DNA of 64,000 bases from Tubiluchus corallicola (taxonomy: Eukaryota > Animalia > Priapulida). Made by a program: the position numbers and the translations under genes. Positions within the stretch are counted from its first letter, which is position 1. Each line of letters opens with the position of its first letter. The stretch lies in contig JAQGDQ010000020.1 in the NCBI GenBank assembly GCA_030141605.1, forward strand, positions 496,001 to 560,000. The letters run 5' to 3'. The notes beneath the pieces were generated by a model. The model did no database searches. It saw only the letters and a program-made list of their open reading frames with translations, and was not told the DNA's origin. Of this stretch, positions 61,702 to 64,000 are shown piece by piece.

Positions 61702-63555
61702 GGTTGTGTGGTGTTGGTGTAGTGTGGTGTGGTGCATGTAGTATGGTTTGTCATTGTGGGTTTATGCGTAAAATTTTTTGTGGGATTTGGCTAGTCAATT
61801 AATTAAACAACTTTAACAGATTAACGAATTGCTACCACTTTCTCGTATTGAACAGAGGTCATAATATCTAATCACCCTACCAGATTTATACTTATCTGAA
61901 TTATGGAAACATGCAACTTAAATCAATTTAAAATTAACTTTTTCTTGCTTCTCGGCATCAGTTGCAAATATTATAAGTCGTCGAACTAATAATAATTATT
62001 GTAAAAATAAGAATGGGCTTTTAAAATTGGACGATAACAATGTGTATTTAATTCTTAAGTGCTGGACGGACACAGCTACATCAGAAACATGGAATCTGTA
62101 GGTGGTGATAACAGAGCGCTAGTGTACCAAATCTAATTTTAACAGTTAGCACTTTTTTGTCCTCCGCAAATAAATAAATTGTCCAGTGCAAGAACACCTG
62201 CCATAATGTAATCGTATACAATAACAATTGCAAAAGCATTGTATCTGCAACGAACATAAACATTAAATCTCTTACGATTTTAATTGTAGATATACTTGTA
62301 ATATTTATTAAGATTTGTCAATTTTCTATCGTGGTAGTTTCTTGAATCATCACACCTGTGCAACAAATATAAGTTAAATAGCAGTGAATAGAGGGTTATA
62401 ATTATAATTCGTGTGATGAATGGTAACATGGATATAATTAAATTTTCCTAAACTCTACATTGGAACGGGCGTGCGTACTTCTAACAAAATGAAGGGGGAA
62501 GTTATCGACTAAGTTAGTCACCAAGTTGGCTTAACCGCTTAGATATCTCCCCTGAATTTCGTGCTGTACACACATTGTTTAACTTACTACATTAGCTTTA
62601 AGCATTTTAGCACTCGAAACTGTGCTGCCAGTTTGACTTGCATTATTTTTAATTAGTATCAAAATTAATAATGAAACAGATCCTAAAGACCAGAAAGATC
62701 AATGCATTTGCAATTAGTTGCATACTAGTCAGCACAAAACCATTATATATATGCCACAAAGATAAAATTGGCAAGTAGCCAAAAGCTTTCAAAATAGAAG
62801 ATAAATGAAAGCTTGAACACGCCCACAAAAAACTACTGCGTTAATGAAATTACAAGAACTATTCTGATTTACAAAAGACTGACAATTCTTCATTTCTCAT
62901 TTTCTAGTATAAGCCTGAATCCAGATACTATAGGTTCTTGCTCTCATGCAACAAGATTAATAATAAAGGTTTAAATAATTCTAAACTTTTATTACTTAAT
63001 TTGATTTATGCTATTTAGACTGTAAATGTTCACTTACTCTTAGAACTTGTATCCTGGAGTGTAGTGGTTCTAACTTACAAAGATATCTATTGGATAGTGG
63101 GCATAGTTGCTTGTCGATTAGTTGTATGTTGGTCAACGGTCAGTTCGTTGAGGATTTCGGTCAGATTCTGGCCGTTGTACGTCTATAATGCTTATTTTCA
63201 ATTAGAGGAAGAGTCATTCAACAATAAAAAGTAAATTTCAGTTTACTCTTCATGAGTGGTTTAAAATAATTTCCCAAAATGAGATGAATATATATGGAAC
63301 ATTAGAAATGCGCTTAGATGGCCCAATTGAACAAAGGTTGCCCCTATTTCTTCGAGGTTTCCGGCTCCCAACGGAAGTGGTACTGGCGTAGCAGTGTCTA
63401 GTTTTTTTGCTGAATTACTGCTGCGTTTACCTGTCTGAAGGCAGATTTCTTTTATTTTAGAATTCTGCCTGCAATGTCTACAATAGACGTGACGGGCGTA
63501 TGATGATGATGATGAAGAATGATTGAGTGACAGTTGTTGGGCGCCAAGTAATCCA

Positions 63556-63991
63556 CTAGCCCAAGTAGGACAATTGGCGTACATGGGCTAGCCCAAGTAG
63601 GACACTAGAGACAGGTCGCGAATTGAGTCGTTAAGCGTACTGGCACCGTCCGTTGTCCTTGTTTATGTAATAATAACAATTAAAAACGTCAACACACGTC
63701 GAATAATTTATTATACATCTGGTAAAATAAAAGAATTTTATTCTGAGCTGGTAGAACGGACAATATTAAATTTGGTTTCGATATTAATGTTGTTGAAGTG
63801 AAATAAACCCACTTTTTAGCGATTTCAACATTTATTTAAGGTATATCATTTTTTATTTTGTCTCGCTTCACAGACAGGCAATCCATTTCACTACCTCTTG
63901 GACGAATAATTGTTTTCTCCTAAGTAAACGTTCTAGCGATATATGTGCCCTACATGGGCTAGCAAGCCATGTACGACAGTGCCCTACATGT
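63556..63991. mobile_element. Small TIR element with repeated ctagcccaagtaggaca units
   Basis: gtacatgggctagcccaagtaggacac (~63579-63605) is inverted at ~63946-63975 (gtgccctacatgggctagcaagccatgtac). Confidence 0.5.
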
Positions 63992-64000
63992 TACAATACT

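Noticed and set aside
63261-63584. 107-aa minus-strand ORF with a CxxC (YCRHC)
   Set aside because: Overlaps a TIR element and a (TGA)n tract; no domain recognised and no splice context.

Overview
AT-rich, intron-containing animal (most likely invertebrate bilaterian) genomic DNA. Four spliced protein-coding genes could be rebuilt by hand with GT-AG introns and consistent phases. (1) + strand 591-6136: a ~1783-aa protein with no visible TM segment, made of a long low-complexity region fused to an IRE1/RNase L-type kinase+KEN module in which the catalytic residues of BOTH domains appear substituted. (2) + strand 9926-29412: a 12-exon class B1 (secretin-family, CRF/DH44-receptor-like) GPCR. (3,4) - strand: two tandem SLC28/CNT concentrative nucleoside transporter paralogs (33015-42723 and 44137-58796). 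Introns and intergenic DNA carry decayed LINEs, a long-TIR DNA transposon, hAT, Tc1/mariner and PIF/Harbinger MITEs, microsatellites, a perfect 136-bp inverted duplication, a 607-bp tandem duplication, and an intronic 131-bp-arm inverted repeat with two Penelope-type minimal hammerhead ribozyme motifs. All family assignments come from motif recognition by eye; no searches were run.
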